A DNA stretch of 64,000 bases from Verrucomicrobiaceae bacterium (GCA_027483175.1 JAIXVE010000042.1:29-64028), one strand, 5' to 3'; counted from the stretch's first letter, positions 46,401 to 54,803 are shown. The notes: generated by a model from the sequence alone, not told the origin. Made by a program: numbers and translations.

Positions 46401-46614
46401 GTTGGACCTGGGCGGTGTATTTGGTGGTGAAGCGCCAGTGGCCGAGGGCGAAGGCGGTGGCGGCGCCGAGGAGAGCGGCGATGAGGATCCAGGGCCAGCC
46501 TTTGGCGATGTGGATGGCGACGCGGAGGATGTCGAAGGGGAGGAGGGATTTGACTGGGGCAGGGGGAGCCTGGGGATCAGTGGGCGGCCGTGGGAGCGGG
46601 GTGGGAGCGATCAC
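43444..46614 (-). CDS. Fusion protein: Wzz/PCP chain-length-determinant domain + degenerate BY-kinase-like P-loop domain + C-terminal OPX (Poly_export/SLBB) domain
   Basis: N-terminal Wzz-like segment with a TM (WPWILIAALLGAATAFALG), a long coiled-coil and a second TM (LLIVSFIGAFLAAAAIIAY). Walker-A-like SASSNEGKST. Walker-B-like LVILVELPP. Internal signal-like FGLSLTLASLSLTSLTDA, then a Pro-rich linker. OPX motifs LGPGDLVNLQVFG...INPDGTINYLQV and NEVYILGAVGSPG. Confidence 0.75.
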   Translation of the reverse strand: MIAPTPLPRPPTDPQAPPAPVKSLLPFDILRVAIHIAKGWPWILIAALLGAATAFALGHWRFTTKYTAQVQLVRREMTTTFPASELGESFRPRQFNAATVSAMMHSGPLMEKTAASLSPKISASAFQQEIVIRPEKNTDLITVAWTTDVSPAFAAQGLNKYAENVASLTSDLQAQEAKELLSFLSSQMERTEQELTTVQKELMAFSRKSGLADPDKETEAALKQLSELDLRIESTRIEFDSIDDRIARTEAELAKQDPATQQLNEARSRLAELLTQYTAEYPLVVEQQARVTALEKKRRSNAPTDPTASFQSTGNTVANSLYLDILSLRSSKESLKKEIESLTAFRANLKTKLDSIPDQQLALSRFRGRVAALEETRNLLGGRLREAQLYSERALGYYRLFAPASPDAVSISSRSLKLLIVSFIGAFLAAAAIIAYRAISAATSDSIVSPSDLRRLTRAPVIASLPDQADMDPAALALWRFTTWATLTRSIPAPTDAAFVAGLLSASSNEGKSTWLHLLARAALDRGHKVLAISHGDHASPSNSVVPIADALNSPDRILSHLRSASPAALEINVPSSWLWNHDSRNLWRSALASWSAEHGLVILVELPPASNLDALLLAESLPALLWISQSGKLLREDVSPIIDTLKTSGIHLSAALLNRIPPIFQKLPDLAKFGLSLTLASLSLTSLTDAQDHPPELEPLAPPPAIHGDLPPVSPSQAPAPDNSLPPAGDPLPPLTPDPSKPFTPLPQPKPPTPLAPWQERLTLGPGDLVNLQVFGRKEFTRTQVPINPDGTINYLQVHGFKAAGLTIDELRSGLSTALRNYITNAQIIVTPGAFRSKKYFLLGTVIDRGAYTLDRPMSLLEAAARARGIATGLLEQNTVEIADMRRAFIVRDGRKLPVNFSKLFFEGDLSQNIQLQPGDYIYFPSNIVNEVYILGAVGSPGHTGVTEGLSALGAITVRGGFSRTAWKKKILIVRTPPDKKQPDIITLDAAAILAGKQKDVLLQPRDLIYVHEKPWQRANEILALAMRAFVQTGAATWTGENIGPILPDPSQPAR

Positions 46615-46931
46615 TGGGGCGGCGGTTGGCTGTTGGGGCTGATCCGGTGGGCGGGGCGAGCGCGGCGGGCAGTGTTACAATTTAAGCGTGATGGAGTTGG
46701 GTTTCAAGCTGCGGGACGCATAGCTAGATGCGTAGAGGATGGAAGTGGCGGAGGGGATGGAAAAGCGCTTGTGGATGGGTTGAGCCCCCGCAAATGGGGG
46801 GGAGGATTGATTCGATCGATGGCATCAGGGAAAACCTTAAGGAGAATCAGGGAGGCGCTGAGCGGCCTTGTCGAGAGATCGGGCGTTGTACGGACGTTCA
46901 AGGCGCGTCCGTGGGTGCCGGGTCGAGGAAA

Positions 46932-49900
46932 ATGAAGGCAGGGACGGAATTTCAAACCATGAGAAAGAGCGAACGAGAGACGGGAGAGGGGACTGGTGCT
47001 GAGGTGCCGGGGGAGGAGGCGCGTCTGGAGGCCTTGAGGCGGTATGGGGTGCTGGACACGCCTGCGGAGGAGGTATTTGATGATCTGACGAGGCTGGCGA
47101 GTTTGGTGTGCGGGGTGCCGGTGGCGTTGTTGTCGCTGATTGACGGCGAGCGGATCTGGTTCAAGAGCCGGGTGGGAGTGGACGTGTGCGAGGTTGCGCG
47201 GGAGGGATCGTTTTGTGGGCGGGCGATTCGATTTGCGGGGATACTGGAGGTGCCGGATGCGCGGGAGGACGAGCGGTTCCGGGACAATCCGATGGTGACT
47301 GGAGCGCCGGGGGTACGGTTTTATGCTGGGGTGCCGCTGACGACGCCGGAGGGGCACCGATTGGGGACCTTGTGTGTGCTGGATTGGGTGGCGAGGCGGT
47401 TGACGGAGGATCAGCGGGACGGGCTGGTGAGGCTGGGGAGGCAGGTGATGAGCCAACTGGAATTGAGGGTGCAGCGGGTGCGATTGGAGGATGCGGCGGT
47501 GGCGGTGCGGGAGAGTCATGAGCGGACCGAGCAGGTGATTGCGTCGGCGCTGGATGCGGTGGTGGGGATGGACAGCGAGGGGATGGTGACGAGTTGGAAT
47601 CCGCGGGCGGAGCAGATCTTCGGGTGGGGTGTGGAGGAAGTGGTGGGGCGGCGGCTGGCGGAGGTGCTGATTCCGGAGAGGGATCGGGCGGCGCATACGA
47701 GAGGGTTGCGGCATGCGGTGGCGACGGGGGATGGGGCGGTGTTCGGGCGGCGGATGGAGATGGGGGCGTTGCGGCGTGACGGGAAGGAGATCCCTGTGGA
47801 GTTGACGGTGACGAAGGCGACGGTGGAGGGGAAGCTGTTTTTCAGTGCGTTCATTCGGGACATTGAGCAGATCAAGGCATCGGAGGCGCGGTTGCAGCGG
47901 GCGGGGATGCTGCTGTCGGCGGTGGGGCGGCTGCAGAGTGAGTTCATCAGTACGGCGCAGAGCATGGAGACGTTTGAGGGGCTGCTGCAGCTGCTGCTGG
48001 AGTTTACGGGGAGCGAGTATGGGTTTGTGGCGGAGGTGAGGCGGGATGAGGGTGGGAAGCCGTATCTGAAGACGCATGCGATCACGAACATTGCGTGGAA
48101 CGACGAGATGCGGGCGTTTTACGAGAAGCACCGGGAGGCGGGGCTGGAGTTCCGGAATCTGAAGACCCTGTTCGGGGCGGCGCTGCTGGCGGAGGAGACG
48201 GTGATTGCGAATGATGCTGGGAATGATCCGAGGAGGGGCGGGTTGCCGCCTGGGCATCCGCCGATGCATTCGTTCATGGGGGTGCCGATCAAGCAGGGTG
48301 GAGAGATGATTGCGATGGTGGGGGTATCGAACCGGCCGGGTGGTTATGACATGGCGCTGGTGGAGGAGATTGAGCCATTGCTGGCGACGTATGCGACGAT
48401 CATCCGTGGGTACAAGTTAGGGCAGCAGCAGCTGCTGGACCAGCGGCGGATTGAGGGATTGAATGTGGCTCTGGAGGCGCGGGCGCACGAGCTGGCGGAG
48501 GCGCTGCAGGAGAAGGGGCGGCTGGAGCACGAGCGGCTGGAGGCGTTGCGGGAGCATTCTGCGAGTCTGGAGAGGCGGGTGGCGGAGCGGACGGCTGAGT
48601 TGGAGGAGTCGAGGAAGCAGTTTGAGGAGATGTTCGAGTTTGCGCCGGATCCGCTGGTGATGGCGGATCGAGGAGGGGTGATTCTGCTGGTGAACCGTCA
48701 GGCGGAGCAGCTATTCGGGTGGGGGCGGGAGGAGTTGAGGGGGCAGTTGGTGGACATGCTGCTGCCGGAGGTGAGGCGGAAGGGGTATCTGGTGGCGGCG
48801 AGGGCGAAGCCTGGGGTAGCGGGATCGCGGGAGGGTGGGCCGGGGCGGAAAAAGGACGGGACGGAGTTTCCGCTGGAGATCAGTCTGGGGATGGTGCGGT
48901 CGCGGGAGGACGAGATGATCGTGCTTTCGATCCGGGATGTGAGTGAGAAGGTGAGGATGGAGGAGCGGGTGAAGCTGCAGGCGGAGGCGCTGGCGAGCAC
49001 GAATGACATGATCTGGGTGACGGGGCGGGAGGGGACGATCCGGTACTGCAATGAGGCGCTGCTGGAGACGTTCGGGTATGCGCAGGAGGAGTTGAGAGGG
49101 AAGAGTTATGGGGTGCTGCAGTTGCCGCATCAGGAGGAGGAGCTGATGGGGGAGATGCTGCGGCGGACGAGGGATGGGGGGACTGGGTGGCAGGGAGAAG
49201 TGATCAATCTGAAGAAGGACGGGACGGAGTTTCCGGTGTTTCTGAGCATGTCGGAGGTGAGGGGATTGGACGGGCAGGCGTCGGGGATGATCGGGGTGCT
49301 GCGGGACATTTCGGAGCGGCGGGAGCTGGAGCGTGAGATGGCGCATATCATTTCGCACGAGCAGGAGCGGTTGTCGCAGGAGCTGCATGATCACCTGGGG
49401 GCGTACTGGGCGGGGATTGCGTTTCGGTTCAAGGTACTGGCGCAGATGCTGGAGCGGCGGAGTGCGGAGGAGGCGGGGTATGCGCAGCGGCTGGTGCTGG
49501 AGGTGAATGCGGGAGTGGATCAGGTGAGGAATTTTGCGAGGATGCTGGCGCCTGTGGAGCTGGCGTCTGGCGGGCTGGCGGCCGGGCTGGGGCAGTTAGG
49601 GCGGGAGATGGAGACGGTGTTCAACATTGTGTGCCGGGTGGAGGTGGCTGAGGGGGTGCCGGTGCCGACGCTGGACCGGAGTCTGGCGATGTACCGGATT
49701 GCGCAGGAGGCGGCGCGGAATGCGGTGCAGCACGGGAGGGCGCGGGAGGTGCTGATTGAGCTGACGAGTGATGCGTACAGTGTGAAGCTGAGGGTGGTGA
49801 ACGAGGGGCGGAGCTGGGATCCGGAGCTGGTGAAGGGAGCGGGACTGGGGTTGCGGATCATGCGGCACCGGGCGGCTAGTGTGGGGGGGACGTTTGTGAT

Positions 49901-49991
49901 TCATGCGACGGCGGAGGGGCGCACTGAGGCGGTGTGCCGGATTCCGCACGGGCCGATGGAGAAGGGGCAGCGGACGATGATTTCTGAATGA
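46932..49991 (+). CDS. Multi-sensor histidine kinase (GAF-PAS-GAF-PAS-PAS-HisKA_3-HATPase, NarX/DegS class)
   Basis: GAF opening EEARLEALRRYGVLDTPAEEVFDDLTRLA. PAS blocks. HisKA_3 H-box ISHEQERLSQELHDHLG. HATPase RIAQEAARNAVQHG ... GLGLRIMRHRA. The start is uncertain: the track gives 46728, and I prefer ATG 46932 or 46959. Confidence 0.85.
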   Translation: MKAGTEFQTMRKSERETGEGTGAEVPGEEARLEALRRYGVLDTPAEEVFDDLTRLASLVCGVPVALLSLIDGERIWFKSRVGVDVCEVAREGSFCGRAIRFAGILEVPDAREDERFRDNPMVTGAPGVRFYAGVPLTTPEGHRLGTLCVLDWVARRLTEDQRDGLVRLGRQVMSQLELRVQRVRLEDAAVAVRESHERTEQVIASALDAVVGMDSEGMVTSWNPRAEQIFGWGVEEVVGRRLAEVLIPERDRAAHTRGLRHAVATGDGAVFGRRMEMGALRRDGKEIPVELTVTKATVEGKLFFSAFIRDIEQIKASEARLQRAGMLLSAVGRLQSEFISTAQSMETFEGLLQLLLEFTGSEYGFVAEVRRDEGGKPYLKTHAITNIAWNDEMRAFYEKHREAGLEFRNLKTLFGAALLAEETVIANDAGNDPRRGGLPPGHPPMHSFMGVPIKQGGEMIAMVGVSNRPGGYDMALVEEIEPLLATYATIIRGYKLGQQQLLDQRRIEGLNVALEARAHELAEALQEKGRLEHERLEALREHSASLERRVAERTAELEESRKQFEEMFEFAPDPLVMADRGGVILLVNRQAEQLFGWGREELRGQLVDMLLPEVRRKGYLVAARAKPGVAGSREGGPGRKKDGTEFPLEISLGMVRSREDEMIVLSIRDVSEKVRMEERVKLQAEALASTNDMIWVTGREGTIRYCNEALLETFGYAQEELRGKSYGVLQLPHQEEELMGEMLRRTRDGGTGWQGEVINLKKDGTEFPVFLSMSEVRGLDGQASGMIGVLRDISERRELEREMAHIISHEQERLSQELHDHLGAYWAGIAFRFKVLAQMLERRSAEEAGYAQRLVLEVNAGVDQVRNFARMLAPVELASGGLAAGLGQLGREMETVFNIVCRVEVAEGVPVPTLDRSLAMYRIAQEAARNAVQHGRAREVLIELTSDAYSVKLRVVNEGRSWDPELVKGAGLGLRIMRHRAASVGGTFVIHATAEGRTEAVCRIPHGPMEKGQRTMISE

Positions 49992-50668
49992 ATACAAAGA
50001 CTCGAGTGATGATTGTGGATGACCACCCGTTTTTCCGGGACGGGCTGGCGATGTGGCTGAACCAGCAGGTTGGGGTGATGACGTGCGGGGAGGCGGGGTC
50101 GATGGCGGAGGCGCGCGCGGAGATCGAGCGGCTGAAGCCGGACGTGGTGATCATGGATTTGCGGCTAGGGGACGGGGAGGGATTGGAGTTGATCCGTGAG
50201 CTGGTGCCGCACTATCTGGAGACGAGGTTTCTGGCGATGTCGCAGTTTGATGAGGGGTTGTATGCGCACCGTGCGCTGCAGGCGGGGGCGAGGGGTTATG
50301 TGATGAAGTGCGAGGCGACGGAGACGGTGATGACGGCGATTGAGACGGTGATGGCTGGGCGGATTCATCTGAGCCCGACGATTGAGGCGAAAGTGCTGCA
50401 GAATCTGTTTCCTGACATGGCGTCGCGGAGGGTGGATTTGAGCAAGTGTTCGGATCGTGAGCTGCAGGTGTTCGAGTTGCTGGGGGTGGGGCGGAGCACG
50501 CGGGAGATCGGGGAGCATTTGAAGCTCAGTCCGAAGACGGTGGAGACGTACCGAGAGGGCCTGAAGAAGAAGCTGCGGCTGCAGGACGGGGCGGCGCTGC
50601 TGCGAGCGGCGACCCTGTGGGTGGAGTCGGGGAGTCTGGGGAAGGAGACGGGTGCGGCTGTGGAGTGA
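49988..50668 (+). CDS. NarL/FixJ-family response regulator (REC + LuxR-type HTH)
   Basis: RVMIVDDHPFFRDGL..., DVVIMDLRLGDGEG, and the HTH SDRELQVFELLGVGRSTREIGEHLKLSPKTVETYRE. ATGA overlap with the kinase. Confidence 0.9.
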   Translation: MNTKTRVMIVDDHPFFRDGLAMWLNQQVGVMTCGEAGSMAEARAEIERLKPDVVIMDLRLGDGEGLELIRELVPHYLETRFLAMSQFDEGLYAHRALQAGARGYVMKCEATETVMTAIETVMAGRIHLSPTIEAKVLQNLFPDMASRRVDLSKCSDRELQVFELLGVGRSTREIGEHLKLSPKTVETYREGLKKKLRLQDGAALLRAATLWVESGSLGKETGAAVE

Positions 50669-50708
50669 GAGGGGTGGCGTGGCGGTTTGTCAGGGGCATT
50701 GGGATCTG

Positions 50709-50880
50709 CGGCGTTCCTACAGAACGCCGGGCTTGGGCGGGGTGGTACCCAGAGCGGTGCTCTGGGCTGGTATTCGGTGTCCCGTTGGGACACGGACGGA
50801 GGTGAATGGCGCAAAGATGAGAGAGGTCACAGGCGGGATGCCAGGGCCACTTTGCTGAGGTCACAGGCAGGATGCCTGTG
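50709..50880. repeat. Cluster of four short GC-rich stem-loops plus a 20-nt direct repeat in a convergent intergenic region
   Basis: Hairpins: CGGCGTTC/GAACGCCG (50709..50729), CCCAGAGC/GCTCTGGG (50748..50766), GTGTCCC/GGGACAC (50777..50793), CACAGGCA/TGCCTGTG (50862..50880, followed by TTACTTTGG). Direct repeat GAGGTCACAGGC(G/A)GGATGCC at 50822 and 50857. Confidence 0.8.
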
Positions 50881-50897
50881 TTACTTTGGTTAGCGGG

Positions 50898-51983
50898 TCA
50901 GGGGCACTGGGCGCGATGGCGGAGGAGGTGGTCGGTGAGGACGAGGAGGGACATGGCTTCGACCATGGGGACGGCGCGGGGGAGGACGCAGGGGTCGTGG
51001 CGGCCGCGGCCTTTGAGGGTGGTGTCCTCGTGGGGTTGGGCGGTGACGGTGTCCTGTTCGGACATGATGGTGGCGACGGGTTTGAAGGCGACTTTGAAGG
51101 TGATGGGTTCGCCGTTGGAGATGCCGCCTTGAACGCCGCCGGAGCGGTTGGAGGTGGTGCGGACCTTGCCGTCCTGCATGCGGAAGGCGTCGTTGTGTTC
51201 GCGGCCGGTGAGGAGGGTGCCAGCGAAGCCGCTGCCGATTTCGAAGCCCTTGGTGGCGGGGAGGCTGAGCATGGCTTTGGCGAGATCGGCTTCGAGCCTA
51301 TCGAAGACAGGTTCGCCGAGGCCAGGGGGGCAGTTGCGGATGACGCAGGCGACGGTGCCGCCGACGCTGTTGCCGTCGGAGCGGATCTGGCGGATGAGAT
51401 CGGTCATGGGGCCGACGGCGTTGGGGTCGGCGGTGCGGACGATATTGGATTCGACGTCGGCGGAGGTGACGGTGGCGGGGTCGACGGAGGCTTGGAGGTG
51501 CTGGACGGAGTCGACCCATGCGATGACTTCGAGGCCTGGAGCGAGGGCGGCGAGGACCTTGCGGGCGACGGCGGCGGCGGCGACGCGGCCGATGGTTTCG
51601 CGGGCGGAGGATCTGCCGCCGCCCTGCCAGTTGCGGATGCCGTATTTGGCGTCGTAGGTGTAGTCGGCGTGGCTGGGGCGGTATTTGCCGGCCATTTCGG
51701 AGTAGGCTTCGGGGCGAGCGTCCTCGTTGCGGACCATGATGGAGATGGGGGAGCCGAGGGTGAGCCCGTTGAAGACGCCGGAGAGGATTTCGCAGCGGTC
51801 GAGTTCCTTGCGAGGGGTGACGATGTCGCTCTGGCCTGGGCGGCGGCGGTCGAGGTCGAGCTGGATGTCTTCTGCGGTGAGCGGGAGCCGGGGTGGGCAG
51901 CCGTCGATGACGACGCCGACGCCACCGCCGTGGCTTTCACCCCATGTGGAAATTCTGAAGAGCTGGCCCCATTGACTGGACAT
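50898..51983 (-). CDS. aroC: Chorismate synthase
   Basis: [31 protein letters not shown]...RRRPGQS..., ...[20 protein letters not shown]... Canonical AroC signatures over the full length. Confidence 0.95.
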   Translation of the reverse strand: MSSQWGQLFRISTWGESHGGGVGVVIDGCPPRLPLTAEDIQLDLDRRRPGQSDIVTPRKELDRCEILSGVFNGLTLGSPISIMVRNEDARPEAYSEMAGKYRPSHADYTYDAKYGIRNWQGGGRSSARETIGRVAAAAVARKVLAALAPGLEVIAWVDSVQHLQASVDPATVTSADVESNIVRTADPNAVGPMTDLIRQIRSDGNSVGGTVACVIRNCPPGLGEPVFDRLEADLAKAMLSLPATKGFEIGSGFAGTLLTGREHNDAFRMQDGKVRTTSNRSGGVQGGISNGEPITFKVAFKPVATIMSEQDTVTAQPHEDTTLKGRGRHDPCVLPRAVPMVEAMSLLVLTDHLLRHRAQCP

Positions 51984-52034
51984 AGTGGGGTCGGGATAGA
52001 CTGATGGGGGAAGGGGGGCAAGCCGGGATATGGG

Positions 52035-53342
52035 TCAGCCGTTTTTCCATGCGGGAGGGAGGTCTGATTTGGTGGTGCGGAGGATGGCGAGGATGTCGGC
52101 GCGTTCGGAGGAGGAGAGGTGGGAGTAGCCGGGGATGGGGGTGGGGGAGGAGAGGATCTGGAAGAGGCGCGCGTAGAGCATGGCGCGGAAGCGGTCGGGG
52201 AGGGCGTCCCATTGCTGGGAGTAGATGAGATAGCTGCAGCGGTATTTGAAGAGACGTGTGAGGATGTTGAAGTCCTTGAGGGATTTGCCGTCGGGTGAGG
52301 GTTTGCGATTGGCGCGGAAGGAGGATTGGAAGTCGTGGTGGCCGTCGATGCCGCCGTCGGGGAGGGGAGCTTCCTCGCAGAAGAGGAGGCAGCGCATGAT
52401 TTTCTCGGTGTGGCTTTCGGCGACGATTTTTGTGGAGCCGACGAAGTCGTCGGTTTCCGGTTCGCCGAGTTCGTGGCGGAGGGCTTTCTGGCGGGTGATG
52501 GCGCTGCGGAGGTCGTAGGCGGCCTCGGTGAGGCGGCTTTGCATGGCGACCTGGTGTTCGAGCGTCATGAGGGCGACGATGTCGCTATCCGGGCGGAGGT
52601 GTGAGGACGTTCTGAAGAGGTGGTCGAGGGAGGAGAGGTTAGCGCCGGGTTCCCTGTCGAGGGAGACATTGCCGTTGAGCTGGGTGGCGGTGGAGTTGCC
52701 CATGTGGCGGGCGGTGCCGTGTTTACCGGTGACGTACCAGCCGCCCCAGCGGGATTCGATGGGGCTGGAGTGGTCGATGAGGGAGGTGCCGGCCTGGAGG
52801 AGGGGTGTGCCGTCTTTGTCAGGGAAGACCGAGCGGATCATGACGCCGGGGACGTTGTTGGTCATGCTGCCGCCGTGGCAGTTCATGCAGTTCTCGGAGC
52901 GGTCGAGGCGCGGCGTGGCGCGGTCTGGGCGGTCGGTGTTGAGGGAGTAGAAGACTGGGCCGAGGTGTGGGTCGAGGCCTGCGAATTCGATGAGGCCGCC
53001 GGGGACCCAGCCGACGTAGGTGTCGTCGCTGAAGTAGACGGCGCGGGGGTTGGAGGGGGTGATGCGGTCTTTCTGGACGCTGGTTTTGGAGAAGACGAGG
53101 ACCTGGGAGGCTTCGGGGACGGCGAGTTCGGTGAGGATGCGGCGGAGGAGGGCTTTGGGGTTGGAGGGGTCGATGGGGAAGCGGCCGGATTGGAGGGCGG
53201 CGTCGAGGGCGGTGCAGCGGTCGTGGAGCGGGGAGGAGAAGTAGTTGTGGGGGGCTTCTTCGTATTCGATGCGCTGGGCGGAGGCTGGGGAGAGCGCGGC
53301 GGCGAGGGTCGCGGCGGCGGCAAGGGCGTGAGAGAGGCACAT
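52035..53342 (-). CDS. Secreted hypothetical protein with a single CXXCH heme-binding motif
   Basis: Track ORF trimmed to ATG 53342 (MCLSHALAAAATLAAALSPASAQ signal). ENCMNCHGG motif. No family recognised with confidence. Confidence 0.6.
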   Translation of the reverse strand: MCLSHALAAAATLAAALSPASAQRIEYEEAPHNYFSSPLHDRCTALDAALQSGRFPIDPSNPKALLRRILTELAVPEASQVLVFSKTSVQKDRITPSNPRAVYFSDDTYVGWVPGGLIEFAGLDPHLGPVFYSLNTDRPDRATPRLDRSENCMNCHGGSMTNNVPGVMIRSVFPDKDGTPLLQAGTSLIDHSSPIESRWGGWYVTGKHGTARHMGNSTATQLNGNVSLDREPGANLSSLDHLFRTSSHLRPDSDIVALMTLEHQVAMQSRLTEAAYDLRSAITRQKALRHELGEPETDDFVGSTKIVAESHTEKIMRCLLFCEEAPLPDGGIDGHHDFQSSFRANRKPSPDGKSLKDFNILTRLFKYRCSYLIYSQQWDALPDRFRAMLYARLFQILSSPTPIPGYSHLSSSERADILAILRTTKSDLPPAWKNG

Positions 53343-53446
53343 GGGAGGACTACGCGATGGGGTGCGTGGTTCTGCCGCCTTGATCTTGGCGAAGGGTGCG
53401 CGGATCTTGTTTTTGCGGGCAAAGGAGGGCCCGAGATGGGGGCTGG

Positions 53447-54628
53447 TCAGATGCCTGGGTCTTCGGTGACGACGGGTTCGGGTCGGGCGGCTTCGAGGGC
53501 GTAGGCGAGGTGAGGGGTGTAGAGGAGGGGTTCGAGGAGGAAGGAGTCGTGGCCCTTGTGGCTGTGGGCGGTGATGTGCATGACGCTGACGCCGGCGTCT
53601 TCGAGGTGGCGGACGAGGGCGGCTTGTTCTTCGGGGTAGAAGCAGAAGTCGCTGTCGATGCTGAAGACGAGGAAGTGGTGGTGGTGGGCGCGGGAGCGTT
53701 CGAGGAGTTCGGGCCATGAGGCGGCGTTGCCTTCGCGGACGGGGTCGAAGGAGGACCACATTTCGCAGATGCGGAGGTAGGTATTGGCGTCGAAGCGTTT
53801 TACGAATTTCTTTCCCTGGTGGAGGATATAGGATTCGACGTTGTCGCGGAGCCGGTACCATGAGAGGCCCTCGTCGGGTTGGCGGACATCGCCGCGGGCG
53901 CGTTTTTCGATTTCGTCGAGGTGGACGAAGGTTTTGTGGGAGATCATGCGGGCGAGGGCGAGCCCGTAGAGTGGGGGATCGGAGTCGTAGTAGTCGCCGC
54001 CGCGGAAGTTGCGGTCATTTTCGATGGCGAGCATCTGTTCGAAGATGATGAGGCGGTTGAGGACGGTGGTGCGGCAGCCTGAGGCGAGGGGGACGACGAG
54101 TCGGACGCGGTCTGGGGCGAAGGTGGCGAGGTTGAGGGCGCAGAGGCCGCCGACGCTGGCGCCGATGACGGCGTGGAGGGCGTGGATGCCGAGGTGGTCG
54201 AGGAGGAGGAGATTGGCGCGGACGTTGTCGTTGACGGAGACGTGGGGGAATTGGGCTCCCCATGGTTTACCGGAGGCTGGGTTGGTGGAGGCTGGGCCGG
54301 TGGAGCCGTAGCAACCGCCGAGGGTATTGGCGCAGATGACGAACCATTTGCGGGTGTCGAGGGCCTTGCCTGGGCCGATGAAGTCGGACCACCAGCCGTG
54401 GTGGCATTCTTCGGTCCAGCGGCCGTCGGTGCCGGGGACGTCTGGGTTGAAGCCTGCGGCGTGGTGGCTGCCGGAGAGGGCGTGGAAGAGGAGGATGGCG
54501 TTGCTGCGGTCGGCGTTGAGTTCGCCCCATGATTCGTAGGCGAGGGTGAATTCCGGGAGGGCTTCACCCGAGTGGAGGGGGAAGGGGTGAGGGTGGTGGA
54601 AGAACCGGGTGGAGACGGTTGCGGGCAT
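53447..54628 (-). CDS. metX: Homoserine O-acetyltransferase
   Basis: Track ORF trimmed to ATG 54628. ...FTLAYESWGELNADRSNAILLFHALSGSHHAAG..., WWSDFIGPGKALDT..., FVICANTLGGCYGSTGP, nucleophile elbow IGASVGG. Confidence 0.9.
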   Translation of the reverse strand: MPATVSTRFFHHPHPFPLHSGEALPEFTLAYESWGELNADRSNAILLFHALSGSHHAAGFNPDVPGTDGRWTEECHHGWWSDFIGPGKALDTRKWFVICANTLGGCYGSTGPASTNPASGKPWGAQFPHVSVNDNVRANLLLLDHLGIHALHAVIGASVGGLCALNLATFAPDRVRLVVPLASGCRTTVLNRLIIFEQMLAIENDRNFRGGDYYDSDPPLYGLALARMISHKTFVHLDEIEKRARGDVRQPDEGLSWYRLRDNVESYILHQGKKFVKRFDANTYLRICEMWSSFDPVREGNAASWPELLERSRAHHHHFLVFSIDSDFCFYPEEQAALVRHLEDAGVSVMHITAHSHKGHDSFLLEPLLYTPHLAYALEAARPEPVVTEDPGI

Positions 54629-54803
54629 GGGGAAGGAGGGCCGGGGAGTTCGGGTGGGAAGAGAGCGCCGGGCGGGAGGGAGTGCAAGCTGCTTCCATGA
54701 TGCTGGAAGCTGAGGATGGGGGATGGGAGAGAAGGGGAGGGGAGTGTCCGGGGTTGTGGGAGGGGAAAAGAGGCGGATGGTCGGCGAGAATTTTCCGAAA
54801 TTT

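Noticed and set aside
46704-48269. 521-aa minus-strand ORF opposite the GAF/PAS kinase
   Set aside because: It is Arg/Pro/His/Leu-rich junk. The plus-strand frame carries unmistakable GAF, PAS and HisKA_3 motifs.
54629-54803. Possible SAM riboswitch in the metX leader
   Set aside because: The coding-strand leader is almost pure C/T (…CCCTCCCACAACCCCGGACACTCCCCTCCCC…) with a single small hairpin (GCTTCCA/TGGAAGC, 54691..54710). I could not find SAM-I, SAM-II or SAM/SAH-type conserved cores. An Infernal/Rfam scan would be the decisive check.
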